A DNA stretch of 17,028 bases from Promethearchaeota archaeon (GTDB lineage Archaea; Asgardarchaeota; Lokiarchaeia; Sigyniarchaeales; SOKP01): positions 1 through 17,028 of the forward strand of contig JAEOSU010000101.1 in assembly GCA_016840165.1 (NCBI GenBank), given 5' to 3'. Under the pieces are notes generated by a model that saw only the letters and a program-made list of their open reading frames with translations, was not told where the DNA came from and did no database searches. Below, one piece after another: positions 15,970 through 17,028 of this stretch (its first letter is position 1; every line of letters starts with the position of its first letter). The position numbers were made by a program, and so were the translations under genes.

Positions 15970-17028
15970 ATGGAAATAAAAAAAGTAGGTATTTTAACTG
16001 GTGGCGGGGATTGTCCCGGTTTAAATTCAGTAATTTATGGAATTATGTTAAAAGCGTATGAAGCAGGAGTTACTTGTACAGGAATTCTAAAAGGATGGAA
16101 AGGTTTTATTGAAAATCTTACGATTCCATTAGATATAGCCGAACACGATGATCTACATACTGTTGGAGGTACAATTCTCTACACAAGTCGAACGAATCCT
16201 TTCAAAGGAGTTGCTTCTAAAGAAGAAAAAGCCAGAGAAATCGCAAAGAAATTCGAGGAGTTAGATATTGATGCTCTTATTGCCATCGGTGGAGATGACA
16301 CATTAAGCGTTGCTGATGCATTACATAAATATGCTCATGCAAATGTTGTGGGGTGTCCAAAAACGATTGATAATGATTTAGCCGGAACTCATTACACTTT
16401 TGGATTTTGGAGTGCTGTACAATTAGCCTCAAATACTCTTGATAATCTCACAACAACCGCACGCTCCCATCAGCGAGTATTCGTAGTAGAAATTATGGGT
16501 AGAGATGCCGGATTTCTTACTATGTATAGTGGAATCTCTGCGGGTGCTGATATTATCTTAATTCCAGAAACTCCTTTTGATCTGGAAGCTGATGTAATTC
16601 AAGTATTAAAAAATAGAGTGGATTCAGGATATAAGTATCATATAATAGCTGTATCAGAAGGTGCGTATCCCAAAAATGTATCATTAGAGCGAGATTTCAA
16701 AACTATATCAAAGGAGACGATTGATAAATTACCAAAGGATACCTTTGGTAATCCTTTACTTGCTAAATTAGGTATATCTCACATAATAGTTGATGAATTA
16801 AATTTAAGAGACGATTTAAAAAGAGAGTTTCAAAAAAATAATGTTGAATTTGAATGTAGAAGCGTAGTTTTGGGCCACACTATGCGAGCTGGTACGCCGA
16901 ATTCGTTTGATAGAATACTTGGTTTACGCTTCGGTTTAGCCGCGATGAAAATGGTTTTAGATGGTAAATTTGGTAAGATGGTTTCTCTTCAAGGAAATCA
17001 AATTAAAACAGTAGATCTTTCTGAAGGT
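15970..17028 (+). CDS. pfkA: PfkA-family 6-phosphofructokinase, PPi-dependent signature (partial, runs off the window; absent from the ORF track)
   Basis: Manual translation: MEIKKVGILTGGGDCPGLN, GGTILYTSRTNP, AIGGDDT, PKTIDNDL, VEIMGRDAG, VSEG, RSVVLGHTMRAG; 353 codons open to the window end. Confidence 0.95.
   Translation, partial: MEIKKVGILTGGGDCPGLNSVIYGIMLKAYEAGVTCTGILKGWKGFIENLTIPLDIAEHDDLHTVGGTILYTSRTNPFKGVASKEEKAREIAKKFEELDIDALIAIGGDDTLSVADALHKYAHANVVGCPKTIDNDLAGTHYTFGFWSAVQLASNTLDNLTTTARSHQRVFVVEIMGRDAGFLTMYSGISAGADIILIPETPFDLEADVIQVLKNRVDSGYKYHIIAVSEGAYPKNVSLERDFKTISKETIDKLPKDTFGNPLLAKLGISHIIVDELNLRDDLKREFQKNNVEFECRSVVLGHTMRAGTPNSFDRILGLRFGLAAMKMVLDGKFGKMVSLQGNQIKTVDLSEG

Overview
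AT-rich archaeal chromosomal window; gene content and sequence style suggest an Asgard (Lokiarchaeia-like) archaeon, which is an inference. The left part is the conserved exosome superoperon on the + strand: probable rrp4 3' end, rrp41, rrp42, rpl37ae, pcc1, prefoldin beta and a DHH phosphoesterase. It continues into an ECF transporter module (A, A', T) and cgi121. Between rrp42 and rpl37ae sits a ~3.7 kb, oppositely oriented two-gene cassette. It encodes a 908-aa RPH/YvkC/PigC-type ATP-grasp/phospho-His small-molecule phosphotransferase and a ~321-aa uncharacterised beta-rich protein with WNESYYF and RDHTYGVRDW motifs; this pair is the best candidate for an undescribed system. On the - strand is a gamma-delta-alpha-beta 2-oxoacid:ferredoxin oxidoreductase operon followed by a TsaC-type Sua5 and a THUMP-only protein. 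At the right end are a ZPR1 zinc-finger protein and a PPi-type phosphofructokinase cut by the window edge. Two genes (pfdB, THUMP) appear to use ATA start codons behind good Shine-Dalgarno motifs. No rRNA, tRNA, CRISPR array or transposase was recognised.
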